Assembly (NCBI RefSeq): GCF_009914755.1
Contig: NC_060927.1
Source: the human T2T-CHM13v2.0 reference genome, Homo sapiens
Reading direction: 5' to 3' (one strand)
Length of the DNA: 64,000 nt
The stretch's first letter is position 1; the number at the start of each line of letters is the position of its first letter. The notes below the pieces were generated by a model. The model made no database searches. It saw nothing but the letters and a program-made list of their open reading frames with translations, and had not been told where the DNA came from. This document shows positions 28,300 through 41,702 of this stretch, piece by piece. The position numbers and the translations under genes are program-made.

Positions 28300-29105
28300 T
28301 TTTTTTTTATTTTAAAATAGTTTTTGATTTATAGAACTCTACTATTTTCATAATAGTGTTATGAAATACTATTATGATAATTGCATGAATTATCTCTTAC
28401 AGGAATAAACTGTCTTTCCAATAGTAGTATGAAATTCTATTATGAAAATAAAGAGTTCCCATATACCCCAAATCCAGTTTTTTCTATTGTTAACCATTTA
28501 CATTAGGTTGGTACATTTATCACCAGTAAAGAACCAAAATTAATACATTTTGATTAAAGTTCATACTTAATCTGTGCAGTACAAAGCCAGCCTTCCCTTC
28601 CTGAGTAGAGTTCTCGTCATTACTAGAACCAGAAACCTTGGCTATTCAGATGGCCTTATTTCTACCTAATGTCTTTTCTGTTCCAAGATCCCATACAGGA
28701 TGCCACATCGCATCTAGTCATCGTGTCTCTTTAGGTTCTGCTGGACTGCGACAGTTTCTCAGACTTTCCTTGTTCTTAATGACCTTGGCAATGTTGAGTA
28801 CTGGTCACATATTTCATAGAATGTCCTTCAATTTGGATTTACCTAAAGTTTTCCTCATAATTACATGGGGCTTATAGGTTTTGGGGTAGAAGATAACACA
28901 GGTAAAGTGCCATTTTGATCACAACCTATCAAAGGTACTTGTTTTCAACACAATTTATGACCTTGATCTCCTGGACTGAGTTGGTATTTGTTAGATTTCT
29001 CCACTGTAAGTTTGCCCCCCACCATACTGTACTCCTTGTAACAAAGTCACTATGTGCAGCTCACACTTTAGGAGGTGGGAGTTATTCACTAACCCCTTGA
29101 GAGTG
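28300..29105 (-). mobile_element. Ancient L1M (L1MC-like) 3' fragment carrying local templated insertions
   Basis: GAGTTCCCATATACCCC…TTCCAAGATCCCATACAGGATGCCACATCGCATCTAGTCATCGTGTCTC…ACAGTTTCTCAGACTTTCCTTG are antisense L1M 3'UTR motifs. Confidence 0.8.
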
Positions 29106-29179
29106 TGGACATAACATTTTTCCCCAGAACAGTAAGTGTATTTATTTTATTGTTCAAGGGGTTGAATTCTGAATTTGGA

Positions 29180-29420
29180 AGATGCTGTACTATCACAGTT
29201 AAGAGTATGGACACTAAAGCCAGACTAGGGTGGGTGTGAATTCCAACCCTGCTAACTTCCTAGCTGTGTACCTGGAAGGTAATTTAAACTCTCTCTGCCT
29301 CACTTTCTTCATCTATCATATGGATCTAACAATGGAAATAGAGTGAAAAATAAAGACTCTGTGGTACAATGCTTAGACCAGTGCCTGGAAAATTGTAATT
29401 ACTGAATAAATATTGTGTGA
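29180..29420 (+). mobile_element. MIR
   Basis: GTTAAGAGTATGGAC…TAGCTGTGT…CTCTCTGCCTCACTTTCTTCATCTAT. Confidence 0.8.
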
Positions 29421-29877
29421 CTGTGTCCATCAGCTCGTTGTGGGGTGGGAGGGTAGGATGGTGACAGATATATTACTGGTTTTAAGCTGATTTGGTATGT
29501 TTTTTCATAGAGCCAGTGTTCTAGAAGGTGGTAGGTTTTCCAGGTGAGTTGAAGACAGGTGACATGTTATTACAGCTCCAATTTCAAAAATAAAGACAGA
29601 AAACACAAAAAAAATTCTTTGGGTCAAAAATACCCTGAGCACTAGTAGAGGATAAAGAGTTTTTACTTGAAGTTTAGTAGGTACAAGAACTTGGAGAGTT
29701 TCCCAAGGAGGCTTCTCGGTGCCTTGGCTGGGTTAGAGATTGTTGCTAGTTCTTGATGGCGTCCAAGTTACCTCCATGCCAGAGACTTCCGTATGAGGTT
29801 GGCACAATCCCTAGTCTGATTTCTCAGGATTAGTGTTTCAAGTTGGGTGAAGAAAGTCATGTTTCCTGAGGTAATAG

Positions 29878-30273
<396 letters not shown>

Positions 30274-30582
30274 TGAAGCTTTGCAGTGCTCTCTGGTGAA
30301 GCCCCTGCCCTGGCACCGCCTGCCGTAGCTTCCCTCTGGGAAGTGACTTCCTGGTAAGGTAAAAAGTGTGTCACCAGCTGCTTCTGCAAAACAGATGCAC
30401 TGGCAGCCCAGGGGAGTGCTTGTGAGGTGGGAAATGGCTTCTGACTGCTTAATTTAGCTTCAAAAGCACACATATTTTCATGATTACCCCCCAGTGGTCT
30501 ATGCACACAGACGCCCTCAGGTGCTCTCCAGGTACAGACCACTGGGGAGGGTGGTGTGCGCACACGCATATGTGTGTGTGTA

Positions 30583-30720
<138 letters not shown>

Positions 30721-31074
30721 ATAAATATAATTTTTTTTACACACATACATAGAAGAGGGGTGGAGGGGGGAAGAAAGGGGAGGAGAAGATGAGGGTGATG
30801 TCTACAGCAATAACCTATGTGGAGTGCAACAACAGAAACTCAAGTCGGCTTGTGTCATAATGGAAAAAATGGAAAAGAATAACGTCTGTGTTGGCCTCAG
30901 TGAGGGTTGGGTTCCGCTTCTCAAGACGGTTAGGGACTGTTTCTCTCTGTTTCTGGGCTCTGCCATCCATATTGTTAGCATTATCCTAATTCTGGCTCTG
31001 CATTATGGTGGGCTGTTCACTGTCCACAGCAGGGAATGTTTGGAAGAACTTTCTCAGAAGGCCCAGAGGGCCGG

Positions 31075-31316
<242 letters not shown>

Positions 31317-32249
31317 TCAGTGTTTCAGGTCATGTCAGTTGCATCCTAACTAGCTCCATTTTTTGTGCAGCTGGTTATCTTAGCACCAAGATACATGCTG
31401 CACCCTACCCTACAGTCTGTTTAGGACCTTAAATCAATTTTTAAAAATGGAAATTATCAGTAATATACAAAAGTAGGAGGAGTAGGAGAATGAGCCCTGG
31501 TGTAGTCATTGCCAGTTTGGGTGGAACTTTTAAAAATCACCAGTTCATGATTTGAATAGGGAAGGTGTGACCACTGAGACGAGAACCAGCATTATTTTCC
31601 AGAGATGGCAAAATAGAGCTTGAGAAGCTGGCCAAAGAGAAGATGAAATGAATGCTGGTTGCACAGTGTTCAGTATGTAGACATCAAGGGATTCTGGCCC
31701 TGTTAGATATGTTAGAGGAAAGGTTTGTTTAACATTAATACAATGTGCTACAGGGGAAGTGTTGTCAAACAGTTATGCCGGTTTCTTAGGTAAAGTTGGC
31801 CAGTATTCTTCTTGCAGGCCTAGTTTGCTTCATCATTAGGATAACTGTATGCATTCTCATTGGAGCCTATTATCCAGATATAATTGTTAATTATGTCCAT
31901 TCTTTCATTCTCAAAATTGATTTGGTTTGGACCATTTATCAGTCCTGGGTAGAAATGCACATTTTCTGACTTTCTGACTGTCTGTCTCTGTGGAGAGCCT
32001 CTTTGTATGACACCAGCTCTGCAGCAGGAGTGCTTGTGCACATGGCCATTATGAGAAGGCCAGTTAGATTTCAGGAGTCATGGGGACTGTGAGGACCTGG
32101 AATACCCATGCCCAGTATAAAGGTAATTCAAGTTCAGATCTGTGCAAAACCCACGCTGGATGCAAAAACACATTTGCTGGCCAAATTCAGATCACAGGCA
32201 CCTGGTAGGTTCATCTTCCTCTTTATAGGGAACTGTTAATGTTCTAGAC

Positions 32250-32420
32250 CCTGGGTAGGCAAACTAGGGCACACAGGCCAAATTCAGCTGTCTGATGAAC
32301 TAATATTGGAACATAGCCACATTCATTTGTTTACATATTATCCATGGCTGCTTTAGCACCATAGACAGAGCCAGAGCCTAAAATATTTCCTGTCAGGCAC
32401 TTACAGAAAATTTGCTGTGA
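32250..32420 (-). mobile_element. MER58A
   Basis: GGCAAACTAGGGC…GGAACATAGCCACATTCATTTGTTTACATATTATCCATGGCTGCTTT…AAATTTGCTG. Confidence 0.75.
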
Positions 32421-32429
32421 GTAGAAATC

Positions 32430-32750
32430 TGTGAGCCATCAATGCCAGTCACACATGTAATTTAAAATTTTCTAGTGGTCATACTAAAAAAGTAAAAAGA
32501 AAAAGGTGAAATTAAATTACATTTAGTTGTTTATTTTATTCAACCCATTATCTCTGCAATAGCATCATTTCAACCTGCGATCGATAAAAAAAATTATTAG
32601 TGAAATATTTTACATTCTTTTTTTTCCTGCGAAGTCTTTGAAATCTGATGTGTATTATACTCTGTAAGCCCATCCCATTTCTTACTAAGGGACATTGCAA
32701 TTGCTTAATTGGCCATATGTGCCTGGTAGCCATTGTTTTGGACAACATGG
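32430..32750. mobile_element. MER33 (hAT-Charlie)
   Basis: CACATGTAATTTAAAATTTTCTAGT…AAAAAAGTAAAAAGAAAAAGGTGAAATT…GGTAGCCATTGTTTTGGACA. Confidence 0.8.
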
Positions 32751-34420
32751 TTCATGTTGTCCATGTTGTCCAACATGGACAACATGTAATGCCTCAAACA
32801 TTCTGCTAAGCACACTGCAACCCACAGTACTATTTCAACTTATGTTCACGTTTTACTGCATACTTGATGAGTTATTTTTTCCCCCAAAGGATTTTTGTTG
32901 TTGTTGTTGCTTCCTGAATGTTGCACTTTTACAATAAAACAATGTTGAAATGTGAATGTCTGGTGGTTGGCTGGGCTCTCTCACTGGGTGACACACCACC
33001 ATATACTAGCTTTCAGGTGCTCAAAAGTAATTTCTTCCTCAAGAGATTGAAAAATACCTATTTGTCATGGGTCTTCTGGGTCTGTTAGAATAATTACCAA
33101 GTATTTGGATAGTTAAAAGTTGCAACGCTAGGGTCTTTTATACTTGCTCTAGGACATAGTTGTCAGGTATGAAAAATTTACCATGGCAAGATCCATTTGT
33201 TGTATTAATCACTACCTTTCCCTTAGAGTTGATTTATGGTTCAGAGGGATATTCTGGAAAATGCTTAGATCAAACAAGACCACATTCATTCATGGAGAAA
33301 GAGTGGAATGCAGGTTCGTAGTAAAGAAAAATAATTTCCAGGGCTCCGGGGAAAAAGCTTTGGTCACTTAAATGCCCTTGGGCTTTCTGTAAGTAAACAT
33401 CTGCAGTCCTCTCTATTGGTTTTCTAGCATATTTCACACAAAAGCAGGGGAGCAGAGTAGTGTTAATTACCCTGAGCCAAGTCAGTATTAATCTCAGGTC
33501 TCCATTGTTGTTTAAGATTGATGGATAAAGATGTGACTGCCCAGAACTACCTTTGTTCTCTTACTGGAAAGATGTGGACTTGGAGGGGCAATCTGGAGTT
33601 AATAGTCAGAACTAGATTGTATCCTCCTTACTGGGATGTGAGCTCTGTCACCTGAGTAACCAATTTCTTTGTAAAGGGATGTAATCTCAAATCTTAGCTT
33701 TCAAGCTGCCAGGCTTGGTTTGCTTTTATATCCCCAAATGGAACCGGAACCTTCTTTATTCCAATGGTACATTGTGGTAGACTGTATTCGGCAACCTTTT
33801 GTATGAAAGGGTTAACATAGATCTGTCTCATCAGTGTCTTTCTGTTTAAGGATAGCATAAAAGTGCTGATTGTTAACTTCACTTGGTCCTATGCTTATTC
33901 TTTATTTTTACTGTAGGATTTACTTTTTCTTTTCCTGTGTCTTTCTCTCTCCAAAAAAAAAAAAAAAATAAAATCTACCTTGATGTGTCAAAGAGATAAA
34001 GAAGATGTTATAAACATTAAACAAAAGTTCACGTTTCTGTTTCTTTGTGCCCCCGGTCCCCCTTTTAAAAATAGGCCTCACAGCATCAGGCATTTGCCAG
34101 TGCAGCAGTTTTGAAGCATAGGATTTTTCCCCTTCCTGATGTATAAATGCCAGCTCTCTTCCCCCCTTTGCAGACACAGGCATTTTCCTCTTTTGAGTTT
34201 TAGTTTTATGATAGCACATTACAAAGAGTTTGACAGATCCTTTAAGATGAAGATCTGTTGATGTACTTCCTGTTTATGGTGGCTCCCAGCTTCACTGGTG
34301 ATGAGGACACAGGCGCCTGAAACCCAGAGGCAGGGTGGATCTGCACCACTTCTCTGACCTTGCCAGGGCTGACCTTCATCATTCTAAGGGAACTTTTTTT
34401 CTTTTTTTCCCCTCCCTAAG

Positions 34421-34632
34421 CAGTGGTTCTCAATTTGGGGCTATTTTACTCCAGAAGGGGCTTTTGGCAATGTTTGGAGACATTTTTGGTTGTTACAGCA
34501 AGACTTGGAGCTACCAGCCTCTAGTGGGTAGAGGCCAAGGATGCTGCTGAACATTCTACAATGCACTGGACTGTCCCCACAAAAGAATGTTCTGTCCTGA
34601 ATTGTTGATAGTGCCAAGGTTAAGAAACCCTC
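34421..34632 (+). mobile_element. MER20 (hAT-Charlie)
   Basis: CAGTGGTTCTCAA…GGCAATGTTTGGAGACATTTTTGGTTGT…GTAGAGGCCAAGGATGCTGCT…GGTTAAGAAACCCT. Confidence 0.9.
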
Positions 34633-37600
34633 CCATAAGGGATGTTTTCTAGGCTTAAACAGTGGCCTGTATGTGTCTTTCTCCTTATTTCTTTATTTCA
34701 AGAAAAGAAAAACGCTGCCAAAGCAAAAGCCATGCAGTATGTTCATAATAAATTACCTTTTAAAACAAATCCCAGGCCTACTCTTCCCGAAAATGGGAAA
34801 GACAAAAAAAAAAAAAAAAAAAAATCAAAGTGCCCCATGGCACAAGTTATCCACTGATGACATTTCCCTCTGAGGACTGTTTTCTGGGTTAGGGTAATTA
34901 CCACAACCCAGAAGGTCATGGAGTCTAAGTTAAAGGGCGTCACTGATTCAGCTCTCAGATGAGCCACCCCACTGGGATGTATGATGGTATAAACTGCAAT
35001 TAAATCTTGTGCTGTATTTACTGTGTGATTGGAAGGACAGAAGGGAGATTTCCCTTTAGTCATTCTTACCTAGAGCAAAACTCATGTTTTTTTAGTGTAA
35101 TGTGATTTCTTGAGAATGGTAGATGTTAGTGAAGTGGGGCAGGGAGATGGATTTACAAATCTTGGAGTTTGCAAAATATGACTTGACCTTTTGTTCTTAT
35201 GTTGTGGGCTGTGTTTTCTATTAAGCTCTCGATCATATTCTCTCTTTGCCATTTAAGAAAAATACAGCACAAACCTCTGTCAGATTTTAGTATATGGTGA
35301 CCTAATTTGGTGGGATGATTGCTAAAGTTCTGGAACAGGCCCTTTGTAGCTGATTTTTGTTGAATTGATAAGCATCGAATATACTAAATATAATTTTTTG
35401 TGCCTAGGTCTCTTCCAAAACTTGCATACCATTTTTAGCCTGAACTCAGTGTTATCATTTTGGTCTTTTAAAGTGGAGGGAGGGGGAGAGGGAGAATCCA
35501 ATTATAGCAAGCCTGACTTGATTGAATGATCTTAGAATGAACCTTGTGGGAAATAATGTGTTGGCGAGAAAGAAAGTTGAGTTTCTAAAGTTACAGAATC
35601 TGTAGATCTGTTACACAAGTGCATGTAGGTAAAGCCTCCCTGGAATGATTCAAAAGGTAGTTGTAATGGATGGGTTAAAGACTTCATTTCACCATCATCC
35701 TTATCCAGGTTCTGAATACACATGCCCTGTCGGGTCTGTGGCTCATTTTAGATACAGTGAGTGGAAAATTGAATTTAATGATTAAGTCTTTTTGGTTTCT
35801 GATTTGTGGATTTTCTTGTGATTTTTGTACTTCTGGATTTATATTGCATCTTAGTGAATATCATTTTTTTTCTTCTTAAATTATCTAAAATATGTGATAG
35901 GGTAGTTAGCAAACCTGTGTTGGTTATACCTATTGGCAAATGAAAGGAGATGACAGAAATAGGCTCCGATGGGCCCATGGCTGAATTACAGAGTGGTAAT
36001 TATTCTTTAAATACTGAAATAAGAGTTTTGCCTATTAGAAGCCTCATAAAACCAGTGTCTACAATCTATCTGATTTTGCTGTTGATGTAATTTTAGGAAA
36101 TCAAATGAACTGGGATGGAAATTAGGTTTCATACTCCGTGGCTTGTGTACCCCTCTAAGTTCTATTAAATTTTATAGGAGTTTTACAGGTGGAAACACAG
36201 CAGCACCACAGCTTTTGTCACTTCAAAGAGCAGCCCTTTCATAAACAGAGAATACAGAATCATGCCTTTTATCTTGCCATTTAAAAATTCTTCATTTTCT
36301 GCACCCAAGTGATTTATCACATGGACGGAGAGGACAATTCAGGATATTGTATTTCGAAAAAGGGAAAGAGAAGCCATTCAAATTCCTATTAAAATGAATT
36401 GCACTAGCTGTACATCATTTTCTAATTTCTGAGACGACTTGTAAATCACAAGGAGAGAGGGCATTCTACCATTGGTCAGGGGAAAAATGGGAAATTTAAT
36501 AGTTTGTCAAAGATTGATAAGAAAGGATTACCACTCTGAGAGACCCTAACTTGATGAGCAAGTACATTTTGAAGTTCATCAGACGTATAAGCAGTTGGAG
36601 AGTTTAATTAAAGTTACTTGTCATTACTCAAGTTTACATCCGGTCTGTCTCTGGGCCAGCGTATATGGTATGCCAGTGACATTGTCAGAACTTAGTTTTG
36701 ACCCTGAGAGCTGTGCGTTGTTCTTTTACTCCCTCTTGATTCCTCTTTCATCATGTAGAAGCTGATGTGTATTTTAACATTGTGGTCAATTTGGTGACAG
36801 AGGTCTTGATCAGTGCAAGTTCCAGTAGTTAGCTGAATTTTATATTTTTCTTTATTTTTTAGCTGATAATGATTCAAGTTGTTGGAATAATCTAAGACTG
36901 CTAGAAAATAACATATATACACATATGTACACTTGTGTAAATGCCATCTTGATAACAGAATCATAAATGTGTTCATGTAAGGGTATGTGTGTGTACGTAA
37001 ATATGTATTATTGAATCGTATTGGGATGATTTTTTTTTGCCCTTTCAGATGTCAAATTGTATATTGAGACTATTTATTCCATTCTTATAAGCAAAGCCCT
37101 TCCTTTCCCTCTTGTTCCTGCAAAGCAGCTCAGAGAATGACTTTTAACTGGGCAACCATATTTTTGATCTTCTGCAGAGCTAGGAGCACTCTGACATATG
37201 GTTCAACAAAGGCTCGCAGACCGGGGCATCCAGTACTTGTGGTGCTTCTGTTAACGCCTGTTTATCAGATTATTGAAGGGCAAGCTGCTTTCCTCAGAAC
37301 GTGCTTGCTCTCCCTGACTCTGTGTAATCCTATCCAGGCACGGAGCTGATATTGTTATACAAACAAAACTCAATAGGCATTACTGAAATCCAGAGAGTGG
37401 ATTCTTTAGGATTGGACCTTTTGTGTGTGTAACCACATTTGAAGGAGACCTAAGAATCATCATCTGGAACTTTTTAAAATTGCAGTTACTGGAAACTAAA
37501 GCCAGAAACTAGGAGAAAACCCTCCGATTTTTTGTTTGGTTATTTTTAAGTGGAGAAGTTACAAAGGTGTTAGCTGTTAAGATGTGGAGTGAACTGGAAT

Positions 37601-38249
37601 CCAGTGGCTCTCAAATCTTGCAGCTCATCAGAAACCCCTGGTGAACTTTGTACGTGGCACTCACCCCTATTCCTTAACTGTGAAATCTATACATTTTTTT
37701 TTCATCCACCCCAGATAAATCATATGTAGGTGGGCTCTTGGTCCAGTTTGGGAACCCGTAAAAGAAGTTATCAACCTCATCATAACCTTCCCAGGCAGGA
37801 ATCAATTTCTTTGAATATAAGCCATTCAAATTCCATAATATGATACTGGCTCTAAAGGCACATTTAATTATGTAGGACACACCATCCCTTTCGCAAAATC
37901 GCACAAAGATTTCAACTTAGGCCTAAAATCTTTGGCACATACGTTGCACTGGGCACGGATCCCTTGGCCTAGATAATACTGAATTAAACTCCTCCCTTTC
38001 CTGCCCTCCCACACAGAATTTGGCCAGAGAAGCTCAGTGAAGGTTATTCTTAAACCCATCCCCGTTGTTCAAATCTGGCAGTAAAAAAGGCTTTACAACT
38101 TGGGTCAACTCCTAATGGGGCCTTTTGATCCAAGTGCTTTAAAGTTTAGACCTTTTGTATCTTTGTTGATAAAAACTGAGGTGTAGTATACCATTAAAAT
38201 TTTTAAAAAATTATTTCTACTGAACCTGTTGGATTTAATCTGTTTTTGC

Positions 38250-38430
38250 TATCTAGTAGGCTTGTGACCTTGAGCAGATGACTTAACTTTGCCACATTTT
38301 TTTCTTTTCTTGTAAAATGGGGGTAATATAATCCATAGAGTTATCATAAGAATAAGTAAAAGAATGTGTAAAGTGTTAGTTCACTGCCTTCCACATAGTG
38401 AAGGCCCAGTAACTGTTGTTTCTTATTATT
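38250..38430 (+). mobile_element. MIR
   Basis: TGTGACCTTGAGCAGATGACTTAAC…TGTAAAATGGGGGTAATA…CACATAGTG. Confidence 0.75.
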
Positions 38431-40314
38431 ATCACGGTGGGGGAGGTTAGTGGGGGAAAGTTACAAAATGAATAAGCAGCAGACTTTGCCTTAGTCAAGA
38501 GCTTGCATCCTCAAATTTGGAGTAAGGTATAATTATATTACCATACTAGAAGTAGGAAGGATTAAAAGAAGAAAATAAAGATGCACTCTTTTTTCAGAGA
38601 AAAATGTGATCACTGATGGCTTTTTGCTGCATCTTGAGGGGAGACATTGCCCATGAAACAGTTTTCTGAGCTGAGCCCAGAAGAATAACCCTAAAGGAGT
38701 GGGACAGATAGAAAATCCAACTGGAAGAGGAAGTGGTATGGTGTACTAGTGTCTGACACACAGAAGATACCCAAGAAATAAGGGTTGAAAAACATGAGGC
38801 TTTATGGAGAGAAACTTACATTTGAGTTCTGATCCTGTTAATTTCTGTAAAATAAGTATTATAACACTGACCACATAGGGGCCAGTGTGGACAGTGAATA
38901 CTATATGTCATGTACCTAGCAGGTTATCTGGCACGTTGTAAGCTTGAAAAGAAAATAATATAGTTATTCTGTATTAATATGAAGGGGAATAGAAAGACAT
39001 AAACTTGAAACATAAATGTGGACCAGATAATTAAGGCATTTGAATCCTGAACTAAGGAGCTTAGATTTTATTCACTTGACAGTTGAGAGCCACGGAAGCT
39101 TTTTGAGCGGGTGCACAGCTATTGAAGCTCTGTGCTCTCTTGATTTCAAGGTGATTAAGCAGAACAGTTTTCCCCCAGCTCCTGTATCAGGGAGGCAGAG
39201 CTTTCCCAGAAGTCCCATTGCATACTTCACCTCAGGTGTGTTCTTGGAATTGTGGCCATGCCCACCTTATAGCTGCAATGGGGGGCTGGGAAACTGTTTA
39301 GCCTGTTGAGCCTCTGTAGCTGGAAGTGGGCTGTGCCTGCACAGCCTAAATGGCTTTTGGTCTGTGGCCAGGAAGCCAGTGATACTTGCAACTGTGAGCA
39401 TAATAGCATGTTGGAGGCCAAAGTGTACTCTACAGGGAGTGCAGGATAAAATAAGAACAATACGACTGGTACAGAGAATAGAGGAAAGGGTAGAGGTTTG
39501 TATGAAAGCTGGCAAATTCAGTTCTAGACCAAAAATGAGTTTAGGGTGCAGGTAGGATATCCAGGAAGAAGTGATGCATGGGCAGGAGTAATTTAGGATT
39601 AGAGTGCAGGACTGAAAGTATTGATCAGTGAATCATTGATTTGGAAGATGACAGTAAAACCCTAAGAATCTGAGGTAAGGAAGGATGAGAGAGGAATGGA
39701 CAAGAACCAGATAACAAGCTTAAAGGAATGATTTCTTTTTAGGTGCCCTGTATAAGCAACGACAGTGCGAAGGGATACCTTATTTAGCATTGTTTAAACC
39801 TCTTTATCTGCTCCATAGGCATATGACCTCAATAAAGGCAGCAGTGTGTTTATGATGCAGACCCAGCTAGAAGACAAGTTCCCAGGTCTGGCTACCCACC
39901 CCTACTCTTGGCCACCCAACTCCTACCTCTTTTGGACAGATTTCTCTTCTCAGCTCTGTCTGTGTAATGCAATTGTCCCTACAATGGCCTTTGACAGAGA
40001 AGTCATGGAGATCCAAAGAAACTAATTAGAATGAATAGGCATTTTTTATAAGTAATTCGGGACAAATGGAGAATCCAGTCCTTAAGAAGGGTTGTAATGA
40101 GGGTAGCTGAATTTGCTTTTGTGGGCTTTTACTTTAGCGTTCCACCATCAAGGTGACATCATATGATGTAAGAATGAGTATCTGATTGGCTACCTGCCAG
40201 CCAATGAGGGTTCCCCCTTGCCTACCTGTGTTGGGGAGTGCAAGGCTGTCACCAGGAGGGCAGGTTAGGGTGAATGTGGCAGCCCAGGTGAGGTAGACCT
40301 GATGATTGTTCGAA

Positions 40315-40726
40315 TGTGACACTTTCTCCCTGTCATAGCCCAGCAGCCCCTTTAGTTTGTGACTCTGCTGTGCCTCCCAATTAGGCCTGCTGTGGACATC
40401 TCACTTCTGGCTGAACTTTGGGCTGGGTTTTGTGATGCTCTTTGGTCAGTGGAATGTCATGGAAGGCCCATGAATAGAGTGCTTGAATGTGCTTGCATGA
40501 CTTTACTTGGCCTCTCTGTTCTGCTAGGTACCATGAGAAAAGCATGTCCTAGATTCACAGGTGGAACTTCCTGGCCCCAACCTGTTGCTTAACTCTCAGT
40601 CACCCAGTGTACCCAAACACCAGTGAGCAAGAAATAAATGCCTACTGTTGTTCAATACCAAAATCCTTTTTTCCCCTCTTGCTTTTGGTCCCACAGTATT
40701 GTTGCAGTAGAAATCTGACCAACACA
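40315..40726 (+). mobile_element. MLT1 (ERVL-MaLR) LTR
   Basis: CTTTGGTCAGTGGAATGT…CCATGAGAAAAGCATGTCC…GAGCAAGAAATAAATGC…CTGACCAACACA. Confidence 0.7.
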
Positions 40727-41476
40727 GCAGACAAGTTGACTAATATGTCTGCTCTTTGGCCAGAAAACCAACAAGAGCCAGAATGGACAGTGATGATGGA
40801 AATGAATTAGTTGCATCTAGGGCCATGTAACTTGCCCTCCATTTGACCAAAGCTGAATTTCATTGAAGTGTCCATTCCATCATGCCTGAGTTCTATATTG
40901 GAAAATGATCTGCTTTTTCACAAAACACAACTTCAGCTTTCATATCCTGATTAACAAAGACAATATGCATTATTAGACTTAATTTAAAGGTGTAATCAGC
41001 CATGCGAGTCAGATAAGGGAAAAAATAGTACCATGGACCTTTTCCAAATTCCCACAGGCTTAAAATATAAAAATTCCCTCAAGAGTGCTGACAGCATACC
41101 TTGCCTGTTATTACAGCTTGAGTTTTATTTTGTTCCTCTGCCAGTACCAGAATAAAATTAGGTTACAAATCAGATCTAACGGTTTAGATTATTGTTCATC
41201 TTGAGCTCTGCGCTTTCTCTCCATTTGTTGTGGCATAGCAGAAATAATTAAATTTATTAGTAGGCCTGTCTTCAAAAAAAGGCTTTTATTTCAAAATGTG
41301 CTTGAGGACATAGTGGGGAGCACCATGAGTTAAGCCTTAGTTTTTCAGGAGGTAGAACTGCTAGGATATAAACGTGTGGTTTTGCAGGATGAAGAGATGC
41401 TTGTACCCCAATATAACGCATTCTTACTGCAAATAACAAGTTTTCTGGCAACTTCTTCCTGGTATCTACAGTTGAT

Positions 41477-41496
41477 TGTGTGTGTGTGTGTGTGTG
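41477..41496 (+). repeat. (TG)10 microsatellite
   Basis: Read directly from the sequence. Confidence 0.95.
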
Positions 41497-41551
41497 AAAA
41501 CGATGATTTTTAGATTTACTGTCTTGAGGGTAGTTTAGCAGTGGTCCTGAC

Positions 41552-41583
41552 CATTCATTCATTCATTCATTCATTCATTCATT
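41552..41583 (+). repeat. (CATT)8 repeat, probably an antisense L2 tail
   Basis: Read directly; followed by CATTCAGCAAATATTTATT, an L2 3'-end motif. Confidence 0.9.
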
Positions 41584-41639
41584 TTGTCAATCCATCTGTG
41601 AGCCATTCAGCAAATATTTATTTTCCACCTTCTTTTCAG

Positions 41640-41702
41640 GATGTGATCAATTTTTCTTTTGTATGTAATAATCTTTCACACTTTGAAGATCATTCAAAAC
41701 GG
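41640..41702 (+). other. Candidate 63-nt cassette or cryptic exon
   Basis: TTTTCCACCTTCTTTTCAG| acceptor and CGG|GTATGT donor; open in phase 0 (DVINFSFVCNNLSHFEDHSKR). Confidence 0.3.

Noticed and set aside
32744-32786. Multiple CATG cores as a p53 response element
   Set aside because: Cores are mostly spaced 9 bp apart rather than 10, and flanks do not fit RRRCWWGYYY.
37030-37130. Strong acceptor TTTTTTTTTGCCCTTTCAG|ATG at 37049
   Set aside because: No convincing donor within exon distance.
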